From assembly GCA_028687435.1 (NCBI GenBank), contig JAQUAF010000023.1, positions 576 through 64,575 on the forward strand: a stretch of DNA of 64,000 bases, in the 5' to 3' direction. The stretch comes from Verrucomicrobiia bacterium (GTDB taxonomy: Bacteria; Verrucomicrobiota; Verrucomicrobiia; JABWAM01). This document shows positions 1 through 8,504 of this stretch, piece after piece (position 1 is the stretch's first letter; each line of letters starts with the position of its first letter). Made by a program: the position numbers and the translations under genes. The notes under the pieces were generated by a model that saw nothing but the letters and a program-made list of their open reading frames with translations, had not been told where the DNA came from and searched no databases.

Positions 1-1328
1 CGCAAATCAGCATTCCAGACCCATTGTTCATTGACGGTTTCCCGGCGGTAGAACAAGGGAATATCGCCGGCAAACACCAGCGTTTGCCCCACCCCCTCCG
101 GTCGAGTCATGTGGACGCCCCCAAACAATACGCCATCCAGTTCCACTCCCTCCATCAATGGATGATGCCGTTCGACCAGATACGGTCCAATCGTTCCGGA
201 CAGTTGGGTTCCATCCTTCGCAGACACAGCACCCAAAACCAATGTCAGATCAACCGGCGCCCTTTCCTTCGGGATTCCGCCCTCAATTTTGAGATGCGCC
301 GCCTCTCCCGGCGCCGCCACAGCCACTCCCTGCAAAGCCCCCAGGCCCCTTTCGACCGCTGTCCTCACAGGCCCCTTCTCCACCGCCAATTCCACCTTTA
401 CCGTCCGATCCGGCGGCGGCGGCACAATCACCCTGTCATCCTCACGCAAGGCATCTCCTGCCATGCTCAAGGAAAGAACCACATCCTTCCGTCCCCAGGA
501 CGGGGGCAAATCCATTTCCACCCACCCGGGGCATCCATTGCCAGCTTCAATCCGAACCTCTTTCAACGCCTCCTCTCCAGCCTGGCAGCCAATCCTGATC
601 TCCCTTGTTTCCGCTCCGTAAACCGCCAGCGATGCCGCCAACCGCTCTCCGCGAACATGCGACCGCCGTTGCGCGCTCACCCATGCGACATTGGGGTGGG
701 ATTCTCCAAACGCCAGCCAGCGCGCCACCCGTTCGTTCATTCCCCGTTCAGCCGGATGATCGGTGACCACCCAGATCTCATCAGAGGAACCGGCATGCCC
801 CTCTGCAAATGCAATGGCTTCACCCAGCCGGTCCTCGTCCTCCGCCGGACTCAATTCCGCCAGCCGGGCCGCAGCCGGGCCGCCTTCCATGAAAACGCCG
901 GCCCGCCGTTCCGTTCCCGCCTCCACCCATGCCCATTGTGTTCGGGCGCCATCCCTCACGATTTCCCTCCCAAGCCTTTCCACACCTTTTGCCCACGCGC
1001 TTCGCCCCTGCCGGTCCACCGCCATCATTGACGCCGACAGATCCATCACCACCCAGCGCCGGCACACCACCCGTCCGCCCGCCCTGAAAACCGGCCGTGC
1101 AATGGCCATCGTCAGCATGAACAACGCCAGCAACTGCAACAACAACAACCTGTCCACCCTCAACCGGCGCAATTGCGGACCGGGGCTGTCCGGGGGGCGG
1201 TCCAACTTCCAGAGAAACAACGAAGAAACCTTCCGGACCTCCGGCTGCCTGCGAAAAAGATATACCGCCAGCAACACCGGCAGCGACAAGCCGGCCAGCA
1301 AACCCCATATGTTTGCAAACTCAAGCAT
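1..1328 (-). CDS. BatA-like membrane protein: N-terminal double-transmembrane domain plus VWA domain; 3' end runs off the window
   Basis: Reverse-strand translation from ATG at 1328..1326 is stop-free down to position 1. N-terminus MLEFANIWGLLAGLSLPVLLAVYLFRR...RLLLLQLLALFMLTMAIARPVF matches the BatA-type double-TM domain (TIGR02226-like). It is followed by VVMDLSASM (DxSxS MIDAS motif of a VWA domain). The ORF track misses it because it is partial; the plus-strand 335-aa ORF 24..1031 is a shadow. Confidence 0.55.
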   Translation of the reverse strand, partial: MLEFANIWGLLAGLSLPVLLAVYLFRRQPEVRKVSSLFLWKLDRPPDSPGPQLRRLRVDRLLLLQLLALFMLTMAIARPVFRAGGRVVCRRWVVMDLSASMMAVDRQGRSAWAKGVERLGREIVRDGARTQWAWVEAGTERRAGVFMEGGPAAARLAELSPAEDEDRLGEAIAFAEGHAGSSDEIWVVTDHPAERGMNERVARWLAFGESHPNVAWVSAQRRSHVRGERLAASLAVYGAETREIRIGCQAGEEALKEVRIEAGNGCPGWVEMDLPPSWGRKDVVLSLSMAGDALREDDRVIVPPPPDRTVKVELAVEKGPVRTAVERGLGALQGVAVAAPGEAAHLKIEGGIPKERAPVDLTLVLGAVSAKDGTQLSGTIGPYLVERHHPLMEGVELDGVLFGGVHMTRPEGVGQTLVFAGDIPLFYRRETVNEQWVWNADL

Positions 1329-1439
1329 CATCCTCTTTTAACCCGCCAACGGCTGATAGTCCACAGCCTTCCCCGCCCTTCCGGCCCGGCTGCCGTTTTT
1401 GTTCCCATTGGATTTGCCATTCCCAATCATTTAGGCTAA

Positions 1440-2420
1440 ATGGAACCCATGGTTCGTTCATTCGTATTTACGGAAGGCAAGCTGGTGGAACGCGACATTG
1501 ATCTGTCGTTCATCCCCATGTTGCTGAAAGACGATGGCGTGCATGTGTGGATCGACCTCGAAAATCCCACCCCCGAAGAATCCGCGCGCATTTTGGAAAA
1601 GATTTTCCAATTCCACCCCCTGGCCATCGAGGACTGCCTCATTCCCAGTCCGCTTCCGAAAATTGAGGAATACGAGGGCTACCTTTTCGTGGTCATCCAT
1701 GCCGTGGGATTCAATCGCAAGGCCGAGCATTTCCAGACCACCGAGCTCGATTTTTTTCTCGGCAAAAATTATCTCGTCACATGGCACAGCGAACCCCTTC
1801 ATTGCATTCAGGCCACGCTGGACCGCTGCGCCAAGACCTCCATGACCGCCCGCGGCAGCGACCGCATCGCCCATTCGATCCTCGACACCCTCATCGACTA
1901 TTATCTCCCCGTCCTCTACGAATTCGGCGAGGATCTCAACGATCTCGAATCCTCCATGGTTCAAACCCATTTCGAGAAAGCCCCCATGAACCGCATCATG
2001 GAACTCAAAAAAGAGGTTGTCCATCTCTGCCAAATTCTGCGCCCCCAACGGGAGGTTCTGGACCGGTTCGCCCGCGGCGAATTCAAAATCGTCCGTCCCG
2101 CCCTGCTCCCCTACTACCGCGATGTCTGCAGCCATCTTGCCCATTACGAGGAAATGGCGGAATCCTATCGCGACTCCCTGAACAGCGCCATCCAGCTTTA
2201 TCTTTCCGTCTCATCCAACCGCACCAGCGAAATCGTCAAGGTCCTCACTCTCATCACCGTCGTCACCACCCCCGCCATGATCGTCGGCTCGTGGTATGGA
2301 ATGAACTTCCGCCACATGCCGGAACTGGATTCCCCCTGGGGGTATTTTGGCGTCCTGATCCTCACCCTTGTGACGACCCTCTGGACCCTGATCTACTTCA
2401 AACGCAAAAAATGGATGTAA
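1440..2420 (+). CDS. corA: Magnesium/cobalt transporter CorA
   Basis: 326 aa. Conserved YGMNF (GMN) motif followed by two C-terminal TM helices; overall CorA architecture. Confidence 0.9.
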   Translation: MEPMVRSFVFTEGKLVERDIDLSFIPMLLKDDGVHVWIDLENPTPEESARILEKIFQFHPLAIEDCLIPSPLPKIEEYEGYLFVVIHAVGFNRKAEHFQTTELDFFLGKNYLVTWHSEPLHCIQATLDRCAKTSMTARGSDRIAHSILDTLIDYYLPVLYEFGEDLNDLESSMVQTHFEKAPMNRIMELKKEVVHLCQILRPQREVLDRFARGEFKIVRPALLPYYRDVCSHLAHYEEMAESYRDSLNSAIQLYLSVSSNRTSEIVKVLTLITVVTTPAMIVGSWYGMNFRHMPELDSPWGYFGVLILTLVTTLWTLIYFKRKKWM

Positions 2421-2433
2421 TCCCCGGTCTGCC

Positions 2434-3597
2434 GTGAAATCCAAGTTCATCGAAAAGCTCATCGGGCGGATGGAACTGCTCGACCCCAAAAGTGTCGCCT
2501 CCATCGTCGCCCACCTCGCCCGCGAACAGGGCTTCCTCGAAACCGTCTTCAACGCTCTCGACGAAGGCATCCTTGTGCTGGCGTCCGATCACAAGACCAT
2601 CTATCTGAACCGGGCCGCCCGGGAACTGCTCGGTCTTCCGTCCGGCTTTGGCCCCGGCAATTCCCTGCGCCGGTATTTGCCGGATCCATTCTGGAAATCC
2701 CTGGCGGAAAACGACCACATCATCGATCCCCAAACCGCCATCCATCACGACATCGAGGTTGCCTATCCCCGCCGCCGCCTGTTGCAGATCTATGTCACCC
2801 GGCTGGACGAGGAATCCTCGTCGCGCGAGTCCAGCAATCTGCTCATCGTGCGGGATGTCACCGAGGCCAACCGCCAGGCCGCCCTTACCACGGAATCCGA
2901 ACGTTTGGACGCCATCACCAACCTCGCCGCCGGTGTAGCCCACGAAATCGGCAACCCCCTCAATTCCCTTCACATCCACCTGCAACTCATCGACCGGGAA
3001 CTGCGCCACCTCGAAACTCCGGGACGCGACAAGCTGGAACGCCATCTCAAAGTCTGCCGCGACGAAATCACCCGTCTCGACCAGATCGTCAATCAATTTC
3101 TGAAGGCCTTCCGCCCGACCAAACCCCAGCTTGAACCCTGCCAGCCCAACGAAATTCTGGAGCAGGTTCTGGAAGTGCTTGCCCCCGAAATCGCCAACCG
3201 CGATCTGTTGATCGAAAAGGACCTCCCCAAGGGGCTGCCCCTCATCCTCGCCGACCGCAACCAGCTCAAGCAGGCATTCTTCAACATCATCCGCAACGGC
3301 ATCCATGCCATGACCAAGGGCGGCATTCTCCACTTCCACACCGAACTGGCCGCCAACCGGATTCTTTTCACTTTTCGCGACACCGGAGGCGGCATCGCTC
3401 CCGAAACCCTGCAACGGATCTTTGATCCCTACTTCACCACCAAACGCGAAGGCTCCGGCCTGGGACTCATGATTGTGGAACGCGTCATCCGCGAACACGG
3501 CGGCCTCCTCGAAGTCAGCAGCGAACAGGGACGCGGAACAACCTTTCGCATTTACCTGCCTGTGGCCGAACCCCGCACCCGCCTTCTGGAAGGTTGA
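2434..3597 (+). CDS. PAS-domain sensor histidine kinase (HisKA + HATPase_c)
   Basis: H-box VAHEIGNPLNSL; N/G boxes NIIRNGIHAM, DTGGGIAPE, GSGLGL. Starts 14 nt after the corA stop. Confidence 0.85.
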   Translation: MKSKFIEKLIGRMELLDPKSVASIVAHLAREQGFLETVFNALDEGILVLASDHKTIYLNRAARELLGLPSGFGPGNSLRRYLPDPFWKSLAENDHIIDPQTAIHHDIEVAYPRRRLLQIYVTRLDEESSSRESSNLLIVRDVTEANRQAALTTESERLDAITNLAAGVAHEIGNPLNSLHIHLQLIDRELRHLETPGRDKLERHLKVCRDEITRLDQIVNQFLKAFRPTKPQLEPCQPNEILEQVLEVLAPEIANRDLLIEKDLPKGLPLILADRNQLKQAFFNIIRNGIHAMTKGGILHFHTELAANRILFTFRDTGGGIAPETLQRIFDPYFTTKREGSGLGLMIVERVIREHGGLLEVSSEQGRGTTFRIYLPVAEPRTRLLEG

Positions 3598-3614
3598 TTT
3601 CTCCCGCCACCCTT

Positions 3615-4379
3615 TCACCCTTCGGACTTCTTCTTCCTCTTCCCGGACGGCTTCGATTCCATGGGAATGAAAAGTTTCTGTCCGATCTTCAATTCGCTTT
3701 TGCTCAGGTTGTTGGCTTCCATGATGGCTTTCTTCGACACCCCATAGGCTTCGGCGATCGCATTGAGCGTCTGCCCTTTTTCCACCACATGCTCGCGCCC
3801 CTCCACCACCTTGGGTTTGGCCGCCGTCTTTGCGGGTTTTTCCCTGCCGCCATCCGAACCTCCCGTGGCAGCGGCTTTTTTCATCACCCGCTCCAGCTCC
3901 TTTCCCACCTCGTCAACAACCACCTTGCGGTCGTTCTCCCTGGCCGCATCCAGCTTGCGGATCATCTCATCAAGCCTTGAGGTTTCCTTCCGCCAATCGC
4001 CATTGTTTTCCCTCAGCGCGGCCACGTCCTTCCTGAGTCTCTCGTTTTCCGCGCGCAGAGCCTCATTTTCCGCTTTCATGGCCTGCAAATCCATCTGCAT
4101 CTGTCCCGTTTTCTCAAGCAACCCCCGGACATCCTCCCTCAAACTCACCTGTTCCCTGGTCAATTCCGCCGCCGCCGGATGACCAACCGCCAGCGCCACC
4201 GCAAGGAAAACAAATAAATTAAGCCGGGTCCAAGGCCCGGCAGCTGCTCGACGCTCGACGCACGACGCACGACGCAAAGCCGGCTGGATTCCCGCTTTCG
4301 CGCCAACCTTGAATTTTCCAAACATGAACATCAAATAATTGCTCTTGCTCATGCCTCCCACACTAATGGAACCCGCCAT
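3615..4379 (-). CDS. Secreted coiled-coil protein with C-terminal LysM domain; start uncertain (alternative Met codons at 4352 and 4331)
   Basis: C-terminal HVVEKGQTLNAIAEAYGVSKKAIMEANNL...IGQKLFIP matches LysM. The central region is heptad-rich (ENEALRAENERLRKDVAALREN). A signal-like segment LNLFVFLAVALAVG is preceded by a long, unusual N-extension that overlaps a MITE TIR fragment and a terminator-like hairpin. Confidence 0.6.
   Translation of the reverse strand: MAGSISVGGMSKSNYLMFMFGKFKVGAKAGIQPALRRASCVERRAAAGPWTRLNLFVFLAVALAVGHPAAAELTREQVSLREDVRGLLEKTGQMQMDLQAMKAENEALRAENERLRKDVAALRENNGDWRKETSRLDEMIRKLDAARENDRKVVVDEVGKELERVMKKAAATGGSDGGREKPAKTAAKPKVVEGREHVVEKGQTLNAIAEAYGVSKKAIMEANNLSKSELKIGQKLFIPMESKPSGKRKKKSEG
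4205..4241 (-). terminator. Rho-independent terminator-like hairpin (GCCGGG-N7-CCCGGC followed by a T-rich tract on the minus strand) lying inside the called N-terminus of the LysM ORF
   Basis: Plus strand reads ggaaaacaaataaattaa-gccgggtccaaggcccggc. On the minus strand a 6-bp GC stem is followed by TTAATTTATTTGTTTT. Confidence 0.3.
4284..4302. repeat. Solo left-TIR fragment of MITE family 1 (ctggattcccgctttcgcg), preceded by a (cgacgc)x4 7-bp tandem microrepeat at 4247..4281
   Basis: Identical to the left terminus of the full elements at 7181, 49237 and 55603. Confidence 0.6.
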
Positions 4380-4512
4380 CCCCGGTCAAGCGCCCTGAAT
4401 CTGGAATTCATCAAAGCGGGCGTTTCCCTGACAAGACGAGGCCCCTCACGCCCATCTTGATTTTCTGACATCCTTCAGCCTACAGTCTGACAGCCTAATT
4501 CCATCCCCTGCC

Positions 4513-5892
4513 ATGAACCTCCTCCACACCGTCCAAATCGGGTTTCAGGAAATCGTGTCGCACAAATTCCGCTCTTTCCTGACCATGTTTGGCATCGTCC
4601 TGGGAGTCGCCAGCCTGATCAGCATGCTGACCACCATGGAGGGCATGACCCGTTCATACCGGGAAATGCTCACGATGCATGGTGGCGTGGAAAGAGTCTC
4701 CATCATCAATCAGGATGTGCCGGTTGGAAAAGAGGAACTGAAGGATCTCTCGCCCGGGCGCACCATGGAGGATGTCGCTGTCATCAAGGAAAACTGTTCC
4801 CTGGTCAATGAGGTTTCACCGGAAGTCCAGCTCGAAAACCCTTCCATTCAATACCTCAACAAGTTCGCGCGCATACAAGTCTCGGGTGTGACCGAACCCT
4901 ATCTCCGGGTCAACACATCGGGACTCTGGCAAATCAACCAGGGACGGTTCATCTCCGACATGGATTTGGAGGAAAACGCCATGGTTTGCGTGATCGGAGA
5001 GGCGGTCTGGTCCGAACTGGAACAATCCGAAAACGAAAGCCCCGTCGGGCAAACAATCAAAATCAACGACCAGCCATTCCATGTGATCGGGGTCGTCCCC
5101 ATCCCCGAAACAGAATGGGAACGAAAAAACCGGGAATCCGGCAAAATACAAACCGTGGTGGAAAGGGAAAAAAAACGGCGGGGATGGGGAAGCAAATTCG
5201 TGGGAAAGACCATGTTGAAAAAATCGACTCCCTGGGCCTACCGCAACAATCAGATCGTTCTCATCCCTCTCACCACCATGCAGTCCCTCTTTAAAAGCGC
5301 CAGCATGGACATCGGTTACAACCAAAAAGGATCGGACCCCAAACTCTCCTCCCTCAACGTGACCGTCAAGGACCCGGAACGCCTGAATGAAGCCCTCGAA
5401 CAAATCCGCCTCACCCTGCTGAAAACCCACCGGGGAGTGGAAGACTTCGGTTTCCAAACGCAGGAACAATTCAAGGAACACATCGATGAAATGATCCTGG
5501 CCGAATGTGTGGGAGACGGATTCATTGTGGCCATCAGCATGGTTGTGGGCGCCATTGGCATTGCCAACATCATGATGGCCAGCACGTCCCAACGAGTCCG
5601 GGAAATCGGCATCCGGCTGGCGGTGGGCGCGCGCAGCCGGGATATTTTTGGACAAGTCCTGGTCGAAAGTTGCATTCTGGCCATTCTGGGCGCCATCGTC
5701 GGAGTGGCTGCTTCCTACATTGTCATTTCATCGCTGCAAAAAATGGGCCAATTCAACTATGATTTGATCATCCGATGGCAGCATATGGCCATTGGCATCG
5801 GCTTTTCCGCTCTGGCAGGGTTCCTGGCCGGATTCTATCCGGCCCTGCGCGCATCCCGGTTGAATCCCATCGAATCCCTGCGTTTTGATTGA
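4513..5892 (+). CDS. ABC transporter permease, MacB/FtsX-like (N-terminal TM, large periplasmic domain, C-terminal FtsX 3-TM domain)
   Basis: N-terminal FRSFLTMFGIVLGVASLISMLTTMEG is the MacB_PCD-type start. C-terminus IAISMVVGAIGIANIMMASTSQRVREIGIRLAVGA is the FtsX signature. No ATPase domain is fused. Confidence 0.8.
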   Translation: MNLLHTVQIGFQEIVSHKFRSFLTMFGIVLGVASLISMLTTMEGMTRSYREMLTMHGGVERVSIINQDVPVGKEELKDLSPGRTMEDVAVIKENCSLVNEVSPEVQLENPSIQYLNKFARIQVSGVTEPYLRVNTSGLWQINQGRFISDMDLEENAMVCVIGEAVWSELEQSENESPVGQTIKINDQPFHVIGVVPIPETEWERKNRESGKIQTVVEREKKRRGWGSKFVGKTMLKKSTPWAYRNNQIVLIPLTTMQSLFKSASMDIGYNQKGSDPKLSSLNVTVKDPERLNEALEQIRLTLLKTHRGVEDFGFQTQEQFKEHIDEMILAECVGDGFIVAISMVVGAIGIANIMMASTSQRVREIGIRLAVGARSRDIFGQVLVESCILAILGAIVGVAASYIVISSLQKMGQFNYDLIIRWQHMAIGIGFSALAGFLAGFYPALRASRLNPIESLRFD

Positions 5893-5961
5893 GCCGGCAA
5901 AACCCCGCCCGGATCCCCCCCTGCCGGAACACAACAAACACGATTATAATTTGTCAGGCCA

Positions 5962-7074
5962 TTGTTCTTGGTTTATCCTATCCAAACCGTGAGCTTTTTT
6001 TCCATCCCCCTTTATTTGCCATTGTTTGCCGCTGCCGCCCTGCTTTCGGGCGGCTGTTCGAAACTCAAATCCGGACCGGACTCCTCCAAATCCGAATCCG
6101 TCGAGACGGCCGTGGTTGATCGGCAGGACATGGAACTGGCCATCAACCGGGTCGGCGAATTGAAACCTTCGGTTTCTGTTGATGTCAAAGCGGAGATCAC
6201 CGCCAAGGTTAAAACCATTCATGTCAAGGAAGCCGGACTGACAATCAAAAAAGACGACCTTTTGGTGGAACTGGATGACACCGATCTGAAAGCGAAAAAA
6301 GCCACCCTGCTGACCGAAATCAACGGGAGCAAACTCCTGCTTGATAAATTGTCATTGCAAGCCGCCCGCGCAAAAAAATTGCTGGAAAGAGGGCTTTTAT
6401 CCCAGGAGGACGCCGACAATAAACGGCTGGAGGCTGAAATCGCCAAAAACACCCTGGAAAGAAACAACAAGCAGTTGCAGGAAAATGAGGCGTCCCTCCT
6501 CAAAACCCGGATCATGTCGCCCATCAGCGGCACGGTCATCGATCTTCCCATCGTCACGGGCCAGGTGGTCCTCGGCGGCTCCACCAGCGGTTCCACCACC
6601 ACCCTGATGACCCTGGCCAACATGGAACAAATGATCATCAGCGTGCATGTCAACCAGATCGACGTCGTCCGCATGGCAATCGGGCAAATCGTCCAGGTCA
6701 CCCTGGATGCCGTGGATGGAGTGGTGCTCAAGGGAAAAATTTCCTTCATCTCCCCCCAGGCAACCCTCGTCAACAACATGAAAGGTTTTACGGTCAAAAT
6801 CCTGGTGGACAACACAGACCCCGGACGCGTCCGTCCCGGCATGTCTGTAAACGTGAAAATTCCCCTGGCCAAAGTTTCCAACGCCCTGACCGTGCCGGTT
6901 GAAGCCGTCTTTCGTGATAACGGGAAACGGATCGTTTACCGAAAAGAAGGCGAGGAATTCAAGAAGACCTTTGTCGTAATCGGCATTATCACCAGTGACC
7001 GGACTGAAATCAAATCCGGCCTTTCCGAAGGCGATGTCATCGCCATGTCACCCCCCAAGGAAAAGAAAAAATAA
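5962..7074 (+). CDS. Efflux periplasmic adaptor subunit (HlyD/MacA family), lipoprotein
   Basis: Lipobox LLSGGC; coiled-coil hairpin region (LKAKKATLLTEINGSKLLLDKLSLQAARAKKLLERGLLSQED); beta-barrel/MP domains. Adjacent to the MacB-like permease. Confidence 0.8.
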   Translation: MFLVYPIQTVSFFSIPLYLPLFAAAALLSGGCSKLKSGPDSSKSESVETAVVDRQDMELAINRVGELKPSVSVDVKAEITAKVKTIHVKEAGLTIKKDDLLVELDDTDLKAKKATLLTEINGSKLLLDKLSLQAARAKKLLERGLLSQEDADNKRLEAEIAKNTLERNNKQLQENEASLLKTRIMSPISGTVIDLPIVTGQVVLGGSTSGSTTTLMTLANMEQMIISVHVNQIDVVRMAIGQIVQVTLDAVDGVVLKGKISFISPQATLVNNMKGFTVKILVDNTDPGRVRPGMSVNVKIPLAKVSNALTVPVEAVFRDNGKRIVYRKEGEEFKKTFVVIGIITSDRTEIKSGLSEGDVIAMSPPKEKKK

Positions 7075-7180
7075 TCTTGTAACTAAGCCCCGCCACGGCG
7101 GGACGGCTTGACGCTCGATCCGCCTTCGCCAAAGCTTCGGCGTCACAAGCTGGCGAGACAAGTGCTCGACGCAAAGCCAA

Positions 7181-7487
7181 CTGGATTCCCGCTTTCGCGG
7201 GAATGACAATGATGAAATAGGCATACTCCCCCCTCCGTCATTCCCGCAAAAGCGCATACGCGTCAACCTAAGGAATCAATGAATCATGTCTCTATCATAG
7301 GCGGTGCGGGAGCCCCGCCCTCCATTTTTTACCGTGCAGACAATGGAGGGCGGGGCTCCCGCACCGCCTCCATCAGAACGGAATGGTCCCAGATTGGGCA
7401 AATGTTAGCGGCGTTGGGTGGGACGCCCTTGTTCCCAGAAAAGGATCTCAATTAGGTTGACGCGAATGCGCAAAAGCGGGAATCCAG
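7181..7487. mobile_element. MITE-like palindromic element, family 1, full copy A (~307 bp)
   Basis: Terminal inverted repeats ctggattcccgctttcgcgggaatgaca ... gcgcaaaagcgggaatccag. Inner arms gcgcatacgcgtcaacctaagg / cttaattgagatc..ttaggttgacgcg. Central perfect 24-bp hairpin ggcggtgcgggagccccgccctcc-N21-ggagggcggggctcccgcaccgcc. Near-identical copies at 49237 and 55603. No ORF. Confidence 0.8.
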
Positions 7488-7700
7488 AAACTGTCGCAAT
7501 TTCGTTTTATCCGCAAACATTGAAATTCCTGAACATAAATGGAAACAATTTGACTTTCAACAAAACACGTGATACACTGCACGTGTTGTGAGGCATTAAG
7601 CACCAATGAAAGTGATTTTTCCAGATTTAAGGTATCCTCCTTGCCCTTCATTGACGACCTTCCCTGTACCCGCTATGAAACATGCAACAGGAAGGCCTCT

Positions 7701-8423
7701 ATGAATGAAATGTCTTTGGTTATGTCACACACACACCAATCGAACACAGCGGATAAACGCGTGGGGTTTACACTCATTGAATTATTGGTCGTGGTCGCCA
7801 TTTTGTCGCTATTGGCCGGCATGCTGTCACCCGCCTTGAAAAGGGCCAGGGACAGCGCCCGGCAAATCCACTGCGTGAACAACCTGCGCAACATCGGCAA
7901 TGCCATCAATCTGTATGCGCAGGACAACAACGAATACCTTCCCCATGCAGGCGACCCCTATACGCCACTGTCCTCGCCCAATGCCACATGGAAATACCTT
8001 CTTGCGCCTTATTTGCAGATCACAACCCGCACCACATCCACGCTTGAACGCGGCATCTTCCACTGCACAGCCAAGGGAAACAAGGCACTAAGCAACACCA
8101 TCTATGGCGACAAGGGCTTTTATGGGGGGTACGGCTGGAATTTCAGGTATCTCGGGTGGAGGGATGTGGACGAAGGCTCATGGCTGGGCTGGATCAAGCT
8201 GTCGCAAGTCGATAAACCGGCGGAAACCATTGTGGTTGGCGACACCAACGACGATTACCTATCGGGCGCCGAACCGCGCTATGTGTTTTTCATCAACGAA
8301 ACGCTGGCCGCCTCCTCGCGCCATAATGGCGGCGGCAATTATCTTTGGCTGGATGTCCATGTCTCCTGGCAGACTTCCGCCGAAACCGCGAAAAACTACA
8401 AATGGTTTTACCGGCAAAAATAA
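7701..8423 (+). CDS. Prepilin-type N-terminal cleavage/methylation domain protein with H-X9-DG tail (DUF1559-like pseudopilin)
   Basis: GFTLIELLVVVAILSLLAGMLSPALKRARDSARQIHCVNNLRNIGNA is the class-III signal plus DUF1559 region. C-terminal SRHNGGGNYLWLDVH. The track ORF starts at 7569; the ATG at 7701 (MNEMSLVMSH...) gives a typical short leader. Confidence 0.8.
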   Translation: MNEMSLVMSHTHQSNTADKRVGFTLIELLVVVAILSLLAGMLSPALKRARDSARQIHCVNNLRNIGNAINLYAQDNNEYLPHAGDPYTPLSSPNATWKYLLAPYLQITTRTTSTLERGIFHCTAKGNKALSNTIYGDKGFYGGYGWNFRYLGWRDVDEGSWLGWIKLSQVDKPAETIVVGDTNDDYLSGAEPRYVFFINETLAASSRHNGGGNYLWLDVHVSWQTSAETAKNYKWFYRQK

Positions 8424-8504
8424 AACATCGCAAATGGCGGCTGGCGGATGCCCGCAAAAGCAACTTTTGCGATTGAAAATCGAAAATTAACATCCCCCAT
8501 CGCC

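Noticed and set aside
24-1031. 335-aa plus-strand ORF and several other ORFs (289..621, 763..1341, 820..1308) at the window start
   Set aside because: Proline/arginine-rich low-complexity translations typical of shadow frames in GC-rich DNA. The opposite strand gives a continuous, stop-free, domain-bearing reading (BatA-like double-TM + VWA) from the ATG at 1328 to the window edge.
2398-3618. 406-aa minus-strand ORF antisense to the histidine kinase. The same class also rejected: 1458..2144, 4816..5655, 6219..6881, 8487..9647, 9684..10733, 20956..22119, 22372..23703, 25945..26778, 27376..28452, 29145..29999, 31561..33441, 34612..35835, 38226..39740, 41151..42731, 43575..44825, 48224..49492, 53784..55691, 55892..57760
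   Set aside because: All lie antisense to or out of frame with genes that carry clear conserved motifs (corA, HK, purF/M, hisS, aspS, MCP etc.). Their translations are G/A/R/P-rich with no motifs. This is the expected long spurious ORF background of ~60% GC DNA.
7255-7330. Small ORFs translated from the MITE copies (e.g. IPAFAGMTMVKWACSPSVIPAKAHSRQPKESMNHISIIGGAGAPPS, found in ORFs 48224..49492, 7048..7266, 55624..55899)
   Set aside because: The same peptide appears wherever the repeat occurs, in either orientation and at different frame contexts. It is a translation of the repeat, not a gene family.
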